Below are positions 35,474-44,813 of a DNA stretch of 64,000 bases, in pieces. The stretch is taken from positions 186,001 through 250,000 of the IMG/VR virus record IMGVR_UViG_3300030329_006583. One strand, 5' to 3'. Every line of letters begins with the position of its first letter. Positions within the stretch are counted from its first letter, which is position 1. The notes under the pieces are model-generated. The model did not search any database, had not been told where the DNA came from, and saw only the letters and a list, made by a program, of their open reading frames with translations. The position numbers were made by a program, and so were the translations under genes.

Positions 35474-37615
35474 TTATTCGGCACAGGCATTCTCATCCAA
35501 AATTTCTAGAAGATTTTCATACATGGTGGCCGCAGATTGTGTTAATTCATACCACTTACCACCAAACTGTGTTAAAGGTTCCCACCCTGTCAATTCACCA
35601 TTCCACTTTTGGGCATTTTTTAATGTTTCCGGAGTGAAGGTATAAATTTTAAGATCAACTGTACCCTGAATGGTTTGCAGTATCTCTGATTGAGTTAACC
35701 CATATCCCATGTTAACACCGCCCAAATCCTTGTACAAATAACTTTGTCCCTCTTCGTCTGTAAAAACAATAACTACCCTTTTTGCATCATCTCGCCAATT
35801 AATGATAAATTGATCAAGCGGAGGCTGAGAATCCACGGTTTGCATGGTGCTGTTCCATGTCAAAGACGATAAAGGCCACGGTAATGAAGCAGCGGAACAC
35901 AAATTATGAATTGCTAAGTAAACAGCATCATACAACATTTCCACACCACCGTTCAAAGAATTGGGATCAAGCACCGACAATTGTGCCATAAATTGTGAAA
36001 ATTCTGTAAGTGGACTGATCAACTGAAGATATTCAATTGGGCTCCACGCGCCTTGTTGCGGTGGCACCGTTGGCCCAACCACTAACCCCCATTTAATTAC
36101 TTCTTCATCGCTATAATTTGTAGCAAACATGTTTAGTGCGGTCATGACAGCTTCAATCTCAATATTCATTGAACCAGACCAATCGATAATAAAAAGAATA
36201 TCGGTATCCTCCATTTCCTTTCCATCATCTATAATGCCGTCACAATTATCATCAGTGCCATTACATGCATCCTGATCTGCCGGCACAACCTCATCTAAAC
36301 AGAGGTTTGGTACAAAAAGTTCCTCCCCCGCCTCAGTCGTATAATTATTGCCCCACTCACCTTGATGACATATGAGATGACCCGGTTCACATATTCCCAC
36401 AAACAATGTCTCAGGAGGACCGGTATAACAGGCTTCTATAAGATCTTCATCAACCAATTGATTGCAATTATCGTCGTGATTATTGCACATTTCATCTTCA
36501 ACAAACCCCTTAAACGGATCACAATTTGGGGCCGGGGGTTTTTCCCAATAACATTGGGCGTAACACTGGGTCTGTATTATTTCCACACAATCTTCATCTA
36601 CACATTCACATGTTTTATACCCACCCCCGCATTCTAAGGGTGATTCAAAACACGGAAAAAGAACGCCAACAAGATCAATCGTACATAAACAATCCAAGCC
36701 TTCATCAATCAATCCATCACAATTATCATCAAACCCATTGCAAATTTCTTCAAAAGGTTGTTTGGCGGAACACCCAATCCAGTTACCATTGACACAAAAT
36801 TCCAGACCATCCCCACATACAGTGGAACAAGGTTGTATGAGATCTTCATCAATCAGCCCATCGCAGTCATCATCAAATCCATTACAAACATCTTCTGGCA
36901 CCGGACCACATTGACCACATACGTTAAGTTGATCTTCATCCACTAAACCGTCGCAGTCGTTGTCTTTGTAATCACAAATTTCCTCTTCCGGATCAGGCCC
37001 TATGCAGATTTCCATGCCATCAACACAAATCAAGTCACCTAACCCACACGGAGTTTCACAAGGAACAATTAAAATATCTTCATCAATTTCCCCATCACAA
37101 TCATTGTCTAGGTTGTCACATATTTCATCAAAACATGGATTACAATCTGAATATTTCCAAACCCCTTTTTCACACCACTTCTGCTGGCTCCCTTGTTGAT
37201 CATCCACCAAACACTCAATAATTTCCACAGTATCATTTGAAGGATCACATTCTAATTTTTCCTCGCAAGGACCTAACTCAATAATTTGAGGAGGATCCTT
37301 ACAAATATCTGTAACCAATTTAAATTGCCATACTGCGTCTAAAGGTGGGCAGAAATACCATTCCTCCTGATAACAATCTTGCATATATTGAAACTCTAAA
37401 TTAGGTATAGTTGCAGAATTAGCCAAGGGGGGTAAATCCTTTATCTTTTCAGCAATTTCTTCAAATGTATATACAGGAGTTTCATCACCAGTATCATTCA
37501 CAAATTCACCATAACCGGGGGATTTATCTGAGCAGGCGACAAAAAATAAAAGAATCAGCAATAAGCATAATGTGCTAACAAGAAAGGTTATAATTGAATT
37601 GAAGATATGTTCCAT
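35474..37615 (-). CDS. lipoprotein with Cys-rich E.C(D/N)..D(N/D)(D/N)CDG.(I/V)DE repeats and a C-terminal vWA domain
   Basis: LFFVAC lipobox; about 6 repeats; DILFIIDWSGSM MIDAS motif. Confidence 0.8.
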   Translation of the reverse strand: MEHIFNSIITFLVSTLCLLLILLFFVACSDKSPGYGEFVNDTGDETPVYTFEEIAEKIKDLPPLANSATIPNLEFQYMQDCYQEEWYFCPPLDAVWQFKLVTDICKDPPQIIELGPCEEKLECDPSNDTVEIIECLVDDQQGSQQKWCEKGVWKYSDCNPCFDEICDNLDNDCDGEIDEDILIVPCETPCGLGDLICVDGMEICIGPDPEEEICDYKDNDCDGLVDEDQLNVCGQCGPVPEDVCNGFDDDCDGLIDEDLIQPCSTVCGDGLEFCVNGNWIGCSAKQPFEEICNGFDDNCDGLIDEGLDCLCTIDLVGVLFPCFESPLECGGGYKTCECVDEDCVEIIQTQCYAQCYWEKPPAPNCDPFKGFVEDEMCNNHDDNCNQLVDEDLIEACYTGPPETLFVGICEPGHLICHQGEWGNNYTTEAGEELFVPNLCLDEVVPADQDACNGTDDNCDGIIDDGKEMEDTDILFIIDWSGSMNIEIEAVMTALNMFATNYSDEEVIKWGLVVGPTVPPQQGAWSPIEYLQLISPLTEFSQFMAQLSVLDPNSLNGGVEMLYDAVYLAIHNLCSAASLPWPLSSLTWNSTMQTVDSQPPLDQFIINWRDDAKRVVIVFTDEEGQSYLYKDLGGVNMGYGLTQSEILQTIQGTVDLKIYTFTPETLKNAQKWNGELTGWEPLTQFGGKWYELTQSAATMYENLLEILDENACAE

Positions 37616-37699
37616 TTCCCCACATTAGATTGCTATGTTCATAAACATAACTATAGCAGTTGCTGGGGTACTTTTCAAATTTAATTTAGAACATTAAGA

Positions 37700-37945
37700 T
37701 TAATCGGTAATTATTTCTAGCTTGGAGCACTTGGCGGGACCAAAAAAACAACACTTTCCACAATTCACACAATAATTGCCTATCTCTTCCATGGTGTTAA
37801 TTTGTAATTGTTCCTCCATGGTGCGAAGGCGTTCTTTTTTAGTGTCAATAAAAATACAATCTACAAAAAGTTGATTGGCGCCATTCCACGGATATTGGCG
37901 GCATGTCTCCGGTCTTTCTTTGTAAATAGAACAAATAAATTTCAT
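37700..37945 (-). CDS. CxxCxxCC (YkgJ-like) metal-binding protein, circularly permuted
   Basis: CSIYKERPETCRQYP precedes CVNCGKCC...C..L. Confidence 0.65.
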   Translation of the reverse strand: MKFICSIYKERPETCRQYPWNGANQLFVDCIFIDTKKERLRTMEEQLQINTMEEIGNYCVNCGKCCFFGPAKCSKLEIITD

Positions 37946-38322
37946 TAGCAAAGTTTGGCTAGCTCTTCACGAATCAATTTCCTCAATTCTTTAGTGTTGA
38001 GCTTTTTATTCTCCATCAAACCAGGTGAACCTGGGCGAACTCCCATGGGATCCCACTCACCTTCTCGTTGATAAAGGTACTGATCCGTAATTCTATTTCT
38101 CTCGTTTTTCATCCAATACGCGATCTTATTGGCTTGATCATAATCCAAATCATGCTCAATTACCAGATCCCCAAATGTCATTGTGTTTAAAATCTCGTAT
38201 TCTTCCTTAGTTAAAGGTGCAGATGATAGTGACTTTTGGATTGCTGCAGCCAGCAATTCTTCGTCTGTCGCCTCTGTTAATATACGCTTGCTCATATTAC
38301 GCTCCTGATAGTGACGTACCAA
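37945..38322 (-). CDS. hypothetical protein with a C-terminal leader-like helix
   Basis: KELRKLIREE at the C-terminus. Confidence 0.55.
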   Translation of the reverse strand: MVRHYQERNMSKRILTEATDEELLAAAIQKSLSSAPLTKEEYEILNTMTFGDLVIEHDLDYDQANKIAYWMKNERNRITDQYLYQREGEWDPMGVRPGSPGLMENKKLNTKELRKLIREELAKLC

Positions 38323-38386
38323 TAAATATACATATGCCCCGCAATATTATATACCACGGGGCAACTCAACGTTAATTAAGCATTTA

Positions 38387-38689
38387 TTAATTGGTCAAAT
38401 CCAACATATCATAAACCAATTTAGCCCGATGTAGGTAATGAGAGTACCTCAGATCATCTTTTGATAAACCAACCCCGCACTGGCGACTCAGGTTTTCGAA
38501 AACCTCCGGGGAACTTGAGTGATAGCGCAATGCCTTTCTCCATAATTTTCGAAATTTACGACGAACTCGATTCAGGTCTTCCGGAGGTAAACTCTCAAAT
38601 CCGGCGTCCAGAACATCACGGGGCCAGCCGTAAGGAACGATTCCTTTCTCAATCATTTTTATCAAAATTAGAGTTTCATTGGTTCGCAA
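38387..38689 (-). CDS. hypothetical protein
   Basis: 100-aa ORF; GGAGGG SD. Confidence 0.6.
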   Translation of the reverse strand: MRTNETLILIKMIEKGIVPYGWPRDVLDAGFESLPPEDLNRVRRKFRKLWRKALRYHSSSPEVFENLSRQCGVGLSKDDLRYSHYLHRAKLVYDMLDLTN

Positions 38690-38710
38690 TTTTCCCTCCC
38701 TGGAGTGTAT

Positions 38711-38740
38711 ATTATATTATTCCTGTGATGGCTTTTGCAC
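38711..38740 (-). promoter_or_regulatory. recurring promoter motif
   Basis: GTGCAAA-N17-TATAAT. Confidence 0.6.
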
Positions 38741-38765
38741 GTATGATTATTGATAAAGCAAACAT

Positions 38766-38843
<78 letters not shown>

Positions 38844-38848
38844 GGACA

Positions 38849-39151
38849 TTATTGGGAAAATTTTAAAACACGATAACAAGTATCTAATTGATTTTTTAAC
38901 TGGCGAGAATGATCCACAACATGTTCACGATTAACTGCGCGGACATCATAGAAAATCCCTTTAGTAGGGGTAATATAATTCGGCAACAAATCCTCTACCG
39001 CCTCCTTGCTCTCTGCCAACAAATACCGAATATGACTATGGTAACGACGGTTGTGAGGGTAAACAGCTGAATCTAATTTATAGATCTCATAAATGCCAAC
39101 ACCCTCATTTGTATCCGGATTCATGAACGAAAAAGATAACTGTTGAGCCAT
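38849..39151 (-). CDS. hypothetical protein
   Basis: 100 aa; AGGAGG SD. Confidence 0.6.
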   Translation of the reverse strand: MAQQLSFSFMNPDTNEGVGIYEIYKLDSAVYPHNRRYHSHIRYLLAESKEAVEDLLPNYITPTKGIFYDVRAVNREHVVDHSRQLKNQLDTCYRVLKFSQ

Positions 39152-39202
39152 GACGCCCTCCTTTACTTTAATTTATCCACCAAAATCATTAATTGTATAA
39201 CC

Positions 39203-39961
39203 TCATTCTTCATCACCTAAATATTCCGCTAGAGTTTGATCAACTATATCCTGCGTAACACCTGCAATTTTTAAGGACAAAGCATGGGTCTTCAGTGCAC
39301 TAGCCATTAATTCACGATCACCTTTGGCGCGCCCCCATATCCATAACGTTGTGTGTTGTGCATTCATAATCTCCAACCGCAACTCCTCGGTGTTTTGTCT
39401 AATATAATCTATTACGCCTTGCGTCTCTGAAGCTTCAAACCTATTTAATTCAATGTCTAAATCTACCGCCATATCCAAAAGGGCGGCTGTATTTTTTTCT
39501 TTATAAAAAGATTTAGCGTCCACAAACCTTTGGGTTACCTCCTCTTCACTCAATGGGTGTTGCATTGAGCCGCTGGTGTATAACAGTTTATCCGGATGGG
39601 TTTTTACAGCGATATCGCGATAGAGTTGTTTCATCCATTTAGGGAATTCTTCCATAGAATCTGCAAGTTCTTTCTCTTCACTTTCGCTGGATTCTGTTTC
39701 TGCTTCATGGGTAGTGGGAGGACAATGTGGTTTTTCTTGTGATTCAGGTATACCTTCGTGCTCTTCGGGCGGAGATGATGATGTCGCCTCTTTACAACGG
39801 CGCAAAAGAATCTCTAGGGCACCTCGGATGTCATCATTATACATCTTTAAAAGATTGTATGAATCCTCCTTTTCATCCCTATAATATCTCCACGCCCTCA
39901 AAGAGCGGCGTAAATCTATCTGTAATTCCAACTCTTCATTACGTGACATGCATGGCTCCAC
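39203..39961 (-). CDS. J-domain-containing protein
   Basis: LYRDIAVKTHPDK...F..AK..Y; directly downstream of dnaK. Confidence 0.7.
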   Translation of the reverse strand: MEPCMSRNEELELQIDLRRSLRAWRYYRDEKEDSYNLLKMYNDDIRGALEILLRRCKEATSSSPPEEHEGIPESQEKPHCPPTTHEAETESSESEEKELADSMEEFPKWMKQLYRDIAVKTHPDKLLYTSGSMQHPLSEEEVTQRFVDAKSFYKEKNTAALLDMAVDLDIELNRFEASETQGVIDYIRQNTEELRLEIMNAQHTTLWIWGRAKGDRELMASALKTHALSLKIAGVTQDIVDQTLAEYLGDEE

Positions 39962-40029
39962 CTTATGGTATATCTAAATAGGTGGTAAAGCCGAGAGTAG
40001 ATCGGCCGGCCCGAAGGCCGGCCGAATAA

Positions 40030-41910
40030 TTAAACATCAGTAATTTCTGGCTCAGGGGAACCCGGGTTTGGATCCGTGGGATTAACGTCTTCCGGACTGA
40101 CGGGGGCTGATGCCGCCATTTTTTCATAAGCAATTTTTGCCACATTCTGAACACATGCATTTAACGCATTATAAGCATCATCAACCTCTTGGCGTGTTTC
40201 AGATGTTAAAGCGCTTTTGGCACTTTCAGCGGCAGTTACCAACGCCTCAATATCAGCTTCATCCAAACTTTCCGCCATGTTTTCCTTCATTTTAAAAGCC
40301 TGGTGAACTAGGGAATCTAATTTATTTCTAGATTCAATCATCTCACGTTTTTTCTGATCTTCAGCTTCGTATTTGGTGGCCTCCTTGATTTTTTCTTCAA
40401 TCTCCTCGGGGTTTAGGCCCGTAGAATCTGTAATAACAATACTTTGATCCTTACCGGTGGCCTTGTCGCTGGCAGACACTGTCAAAATACCATTAGCATC
40501 AATATCAAAGGTTACTTCAATTTGTGGTACACCTCTCGGTGCAGGTGGAATTCCATCCAATGTAAATTTGCCCAGTGTACGATTATCACCCGCCATCTGC
40601 CTTTCACCCTGAAGTACATGTACCTCGACTGTTGATTGACCATCTGCTGCGGTAGAAAATATTTCCTGCTTTTTAGCCGGAATTGTAGTATTACGCTCAA
40701 TGAGCCGAGTACACACACCGCCCATCGTTTCAATCCCCAAAGATAAAGGGGTAACATCCAACAACAGGATGTCTTTTACATCCCCACTCAGCACGCCTCC
40801 CTGAACCGCGGCGCCCAAAGCAACTACCTCATCCGGATTAACACCTTGTGACGGAGACTTTCCAAAAAATTCCTCCACCTTTTTAACCACCAAGGGAATC
40901 CGTGTAGAACCACCAACCAACAAAATCTGATCAATATCTGTTGATTTCTTACCGGCGTCCTTAAGTGCCTGCTTACAAGATTTAAAAGTCTTATCAATCA
41001 CGCCCTCAATCAATTGTTCGAATTTAGAACGCGTCAAATTCATCACCAAGTGTTTGGGCCCATTAGCGTCAGCAGTCAAAAATGGCAAATTAATATCAGC
41101 TGTCATAGCCGAGCTTAATTCCACCTTTGCCTTTTCGGCAGTTTCACGAATACGTTGCAAAGCCATTTTATCCTCTGCAACATCTACCCCTGTTTCCTTC
41201 TTAAATTCCGCAATCATATAATCAATGAGAGCCTCATCAACGTTATCACCGCCTAGGTATGTATCCCCTGAAGTTGACAGTACTTCCACGACATCTCCGG
41301 AAACATCCAAAACTGACACATCAAAAGTACCACCACCAAAATCATAAACCACTACCACTTGTTCTGTATTGGTGCCGAGACCATAAGCCAAAGCAGCGGC
41401 AGTGGGTTCATTAATAATTCTCTTGACATCTAGGCCCGCAATCGTACCTGCATCCTTGGTCGCCTGTCGTTGGGAATCATTAAAATAGGCAGGAACTGTA
41501 ATTACGGCTTCTGTAATTTTCTCCCCCAGGTAATTCTCAGCAGATCGCTTTAATTTTTGTAGCACTTTGGCTGAAATTTCTGGTGGTGTGAACGCCTTGT
41601 CTCCCACGGTGATGTTAACGCCACCCTTCTTACCTGCACTAACATTATACGCAACCTTGCCGGCAACGTCTGATACTTCATTGAATTTAGATCCAATGAA
41701 TCTTTTCGCAGAATAAATCGTCTGTTCCGGTTTGACAACAGCTTGTCGGCGTGCGGTGACACCAACCAAAATATCGTCATCATTAAAAGATACCACAGAA
41801 GGTGTTGTGCGAGAACCTTCCTCGTTCACCATCACAACAGGTTGTTCTCCTTCCATAACCGCCACGCAGCTGTTAGTAGTCCCCAAATCAATACCAATAA
41901 TTTTACCCAT
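40030..41910 (-). CDS. dnaK: Hsp70 chaperone DnaK
   Basis: [48 protein letters not shown]. Confidence 0.97.
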   Translation of the reverse strand: MGKIIGIDLGTTNSCVAVMEGEQPVVMVNEEGSRTTPSVVSFNDDDILVGVTARRQAVVKPEQTIYSAKRFIGSKFNEVSDVAGKVAYNVSAGKKGGVNITVGDKAFTPPEISAKVLQKLKRSAENYLGEKITEAVITVPAYFNDSQRQATKDAGTIAGLDVKRIINEPTAAALAYGLGTNTEQVVVVYDFGGGTFDVSVLDVSGDVVEVLSTSGDTYLGGDNVDEALIDYMIAEFKKETGVDVAEDKMALQRIRETAEKAKVELSSAMTADINLPFLTADANGPKHLVMNLTRSKFEQLIEGVIDKTFKSCKQALKDAGKKSTDIDQILLVGGSTRIPLVVKKVEEFFGKSPSQGVNPDEVVALGAAVQGGVLSGDVKDILLLDVTPLSLGIETMGGVCTRLIERNTTIPAKKQEIFSTAADGQSTVEVHVLQGERQMAGDNRTLGKFTLDGIPPAPRGVPQIEVTFDIDANGILTVSASDKATGKDQSIVITDSTGLNPEEIEEKIKEATKYEAEDQKKREMIESRNKLDSLVHQAFKMKENMAESLDEADIEALVTAAESAKSALTSETRQEVDDAYNALNACVQNVAKIAYEKMAASAPVSPEDVNPTDPNPGSPEPEITDV

Positions 41911-42006
41911 GATCTCTTCCTCCATTCATTTCCACGGTAAAGTTTTTTCTTACAATGTCAATATAGTCATCGATGTGTCGTTGAACACCCTTGCAATGCA
42001 TTTTTT

Positions 42007-42639
42007 TCATTTTTTTCTTTTTTTTCTTTTTTTCTTACGTTTACCCGGGCCATGTGTTAGGCGGGTATCCATTGGTTCTCGTTCAATTTTTGGCCTTGCG
42101 ATCTTACGCAATGGCGGCCTTAATGTCCTATAAATTTTTTTCTTTAATTCTTGTCTGGCACGTTTTCCCAACCTATCAATGAACACATAACCATCTAGAT
42201 GATCACACTCATGTTGTAAGGCACCGCTAAAAGGCCAACCCACCAACATTTCGTGTGAAGTGCCTCCCATGTCGCAATACCTTAATTTTACATGACTCTT
42301 ACGACGGACTGTGCCACTATACCTTGGTACTGATAGGCAGCTTTCTCGCCACATCATATCATCACCGTTCAGTTCCAATTCCGGATTAATCAACACAAAA
42401 ATATTTTCATCTCTTTCATAAGGTGATGGGTTGGCAAAAGAAAACGAAGAACAATTAAGAATTATTACGCGTTCTAGAACACCAATCTGTGGTGCTGCTA
42501 ACCCAGCACCATTAACTACGTTAAGGGTATCATACATGTCACCCACTAATTTCACCAAGGTTTCATCAAAACAAACCACCGGTTTGCTTTTCTCCTTAAG
42601 CCCGGGATGAGGCCATTGTAGTATTTTACGATATGCCAT
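42007..42639 (-). CDS. def: peptide deformylase
   Basis: GAGLAAPQIG, ESCLSV, QHECDHLDG; basic C-terminal tail. Confidence 0.92.
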   Translation of the reverse strand: MAYRKILQWPHPGLKEKSKPVVCFDETLVKLVGDMYDTLNVVNGAGLAAPQIGVLERVIILNCSSFSFANPSPYERDENIFVLINPELELNGDDMMWRESCLSVPRYSGTVRRKSHVKLRYCDMGGTSHEMLVGWPFSGALQHECDHLDGYVFIDRLGKRARQELKKKIYRTLRPPLRKIARPKIEREPMDTRLTHGPGKRKKKRKKRKK

Positions 42640-42648
42640 GAATGATTA

Positions 42649-42879
42649 TTAAGAAATTGTGATTTTAGCAGAAACTGCTTCAAACATTTGATCCAACTGG
42701 TATTCTGAATCACCTAATTTGGATCTGATTTTAGCAATTTGAACAGCGGCCTTAAATGCCTTAATATCCAACCTCTCCTTATATTCATCAAATAAATTCT
42801 TCTTATCATCTTGAAGGGTTTTCATTTCATTCTCAAGAACAACGAGCCTCTCTATTAATTCTTTTACATTGTTATCCAT
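42649..42879 (-). CDS. DUF2312/GapR-like DNA-binding protein
   Basis: IERL..LE.E.K.L..DKK..F.EYK...DIKA.K pattern. Confidence 0.6.
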   Translation of the reverse strand: MDNNVKELIERLVVLENEMKTLQDDKKNLFDEYKERLDIKAFKAAVQIAKIRSKLGDSEYQLDQMFEAVSAKITIS

Positions 42880-43117
42880 CGTTTGTATTCCCTGTTTTTG
42901 CAAATTGATCCTGCCATGCGAGTAAAAGATTGTCCTTTACCAAGACCGACCAACACTCCAATTCACGCACCTGGTCCACCCCTTGCCGTTCCACCAACAC
43001 CCCACGTAATTCATCACCAACATTTACATATGGTGAATCATTAATAGAACTGGTTTTGACTTTCAGATATTTACCTGGAATTAGCTTTACTAAATTCCCT
43101 GCCACTGCATCATGATT
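42872..43117 (-). CDS. hypothetical protein
   Basis: MKNQNHDAV... start re-assigned within 42872-43270. Confidence 0.5.
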   Translation of the reverse strand, partial: NHDAVAGNLVKLIPGKYLKVKTSSINDSPYVNVGDELRGVLVERQGVDQVRELECWSVLVKDNLLLAWQDQFAKTGNTNDG

Positions 43118-43427
43118 TTGATTTTTCATTTTTCTTTGCAGCACTCTTTTTACGAGAAGATTTCTTTTTAGTTGCAACAGATTTCTTGGGCTTGGAACTG
43201 TCGCCCTTTGATTCCTGAACCCCTGTGGAATTTGGAGCAACATTTTTTTTATCATCCGGAGACATGCCAAGCTTATTCAAGGCATCATTAAACTCATCTT
43301 CTGAAGGTGGGTTAACACCCTTTATTTTCAAAAATTTTACAAAATTTTCAAATTCAAACATAGAATTTTTTAAAATAACCCGAGATAATGGCATTCCTAT
43401 TCTACGCAACCATGATTGTAGATCCAT
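43110..43427 (-). CDS. hypothetical protein with a Lys/Ser-rich tail
   Basis: MDLQSWLRR... with GGAGGA SD. Confidence 0.55.
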   Translation of the reverse strand: MDLQSWLRRIGMPLSRVILKNSMFEFENFVKFLKIKGVNPPSEDEFNDALNKLGMSPDDKKNVAPNSTGVQESKGDSSKPKKSVATKKKSSRKKSAAKKNEKSKS

Positions 43428-43728
43428 CACTATCCTCCTTATGTGGTCCCGCATTCATATCATTAAACATTTCAATCATACTTTCTTGAAACCTGGGATC
43501 ACGTGCTGTTTTGTCTATTTGATTAATATCGGTGACGCCATATAATTCACATAATGGACTTGCCAGTTTTTTCATAGCTCGCAGAAAAACATTTCTTGCA
43601 GTTGCATGATTCATTTTATGACCGCGCTCTGTCATGATTTCTGCGATTGTACGGTAATCATTACCATCATACTCAGAAGAAACTGTGGCATAACCACCTT
43701 CACTCTTAAATCCTTTAGGCATGCTCAT
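43402..43728 (-). CDS. sigma region-4-like HTH protein
   Basis: YRTIAEIMTERGHKMNHATARNVFLRAMKKL; ATGA overlap with the sigma stop. Confidence 0.55.
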   Translation of the reverse strand: MSMPKGFKSEGGYATVSSEYDGNDYRTIAEIMTERGHKMNHATARNVFLRAMKKLASPLCELYGVTDINQIDKTARDPRFQESMIEMFNDMNAGPHKEDSDGSTIMVA

Positions 43729-44507
43729 TGAATCATCTCCTTGGTTTGTTGATTTAATTTTAGAAAATCCTTTTCATTCACCACAAAATCCGAACGAGAC
43801 TCAGGGGTTGAAATACCAAACCTTAAACGAATCACCTGTTCTTCCCTGTGACTCAAGCTTTTTAAGGCCTCCTTGAGCAATCGTGATACCTTTTCTCCGT
43901 CCAGCAAAGACTCAACGTTAGGCGTATCCAAATCTGGAATCACCTCCCGCAAAGTCCTGCTACCGGAATCACCGCTGTTTTTATAATTGATCGGTCGATC
44001 AAGGGAAACGGGGGATGTTGCACATGTAGAAATATTTTTAAGCATTTTCAATGTAACGCCAACCAAATCGGCAACTTCTTCTTGGGATGGTTGTACACCG
44101 AATTCCTTATAATATTCTTCCTGCGCTTGCTTTATTTTCCACAACAGATTACGCGTATATGAAGGTAGTTTTACAGAAGTCGATTGTGAAGTGACATGAC
44201 GCCGAACAGCCTGCTTTATCCACCAACAGGCATATGTTGAAAACTTAAAACCCCTTCGCCAATCGTAACGATCAACCGCTTTCATCAATCCAATGTTAGA
44301 CTCCTGAATTAAATCTTCTAAATCACAACCTTTGTCTTGATATTTTTTAGCAATACTGATGGCCAATCGAATATTAGCCCTCACCATATGATCACGCGCC
44401 CGAGTATCCCCTTTTTCAATGCGCTGAGATAATTCAATTTCTTGTTCACGGGTCAATAGGGATGTTTTTGACACATCTTTGAAAAAACTTTCCAAACTAT
44501 TTTGCAT
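43725..44507 (-). CDS. sigma70-family (RpoD/RpoS-like) sigma factor lacking region 4.2
   Basis: LLTREQEIEL (1.2), NIRLAISIAKKY, DLIQE.NIGL, FSTYACWWIKQA (2.3/2.4), PVSLD (3); ends soon after VIRLRFGI. Confidence 0.88.
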   Translation of the reverse strand: MQNSLESFFKDVSKTSLLTREQEIELSQRIEKGDTRARDHMVRANIRLAISIAKKYQDKGCDLEDLIQESNIGLMKAVDRYDWRRGFKFSTYACWWIKQAVRRHVTSQSTSVKLPSYTRNLLWKIKQAQEEYYKEFGVQPSQEEVADLVGVTLKMLKNISTCATSPVSLDRPINYKNSGDSGSRTLREVIPDLDTPNVESLLDGEKVSRLLKEALKSLSHREEQVIRLRFGISTPESRSDFVVNEKDFLKLNQQTKEMIQ

Positions 44508-44546
44508 TTACTATCCTTTGATTAGTTGATTGATGTACCAAAAACG

Positions 44547-44744
44547 TTATCTTGCTCGCGACTGCCTCAATTGCCATTCACGTTGAAGATAACAATAATC
44601 CATCTCCAGAGCCTTATTTTCATTATTTTTCCGCCCACCTTCAACAATCTGAGTTTTATAACTCATCATAAGCTGTTTTACCTCTGAATCGCTCAAGGCA
44701 TTAATTACATCACGAGAAAGACAACGATTATATGACTTAGACAT
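44547..44744 (-). CDS. hypothetical protein
   Basis: 65 aa; AGGAG SD. Confidence 0.6.
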   Translation of the reverse strand: MSKSYNRCLSRDVINALSDSEVKQLMMSYKTQIVEGGRKNNENKALEMDYCYLQREWQLRQSRAR

Positions 44745-44813
44745 TTAAACTCTCCTATTAAAGTATGATAATTGCCTTACAAAAATTATACACCCACTCA
44801 AAAAAGTACAAAA

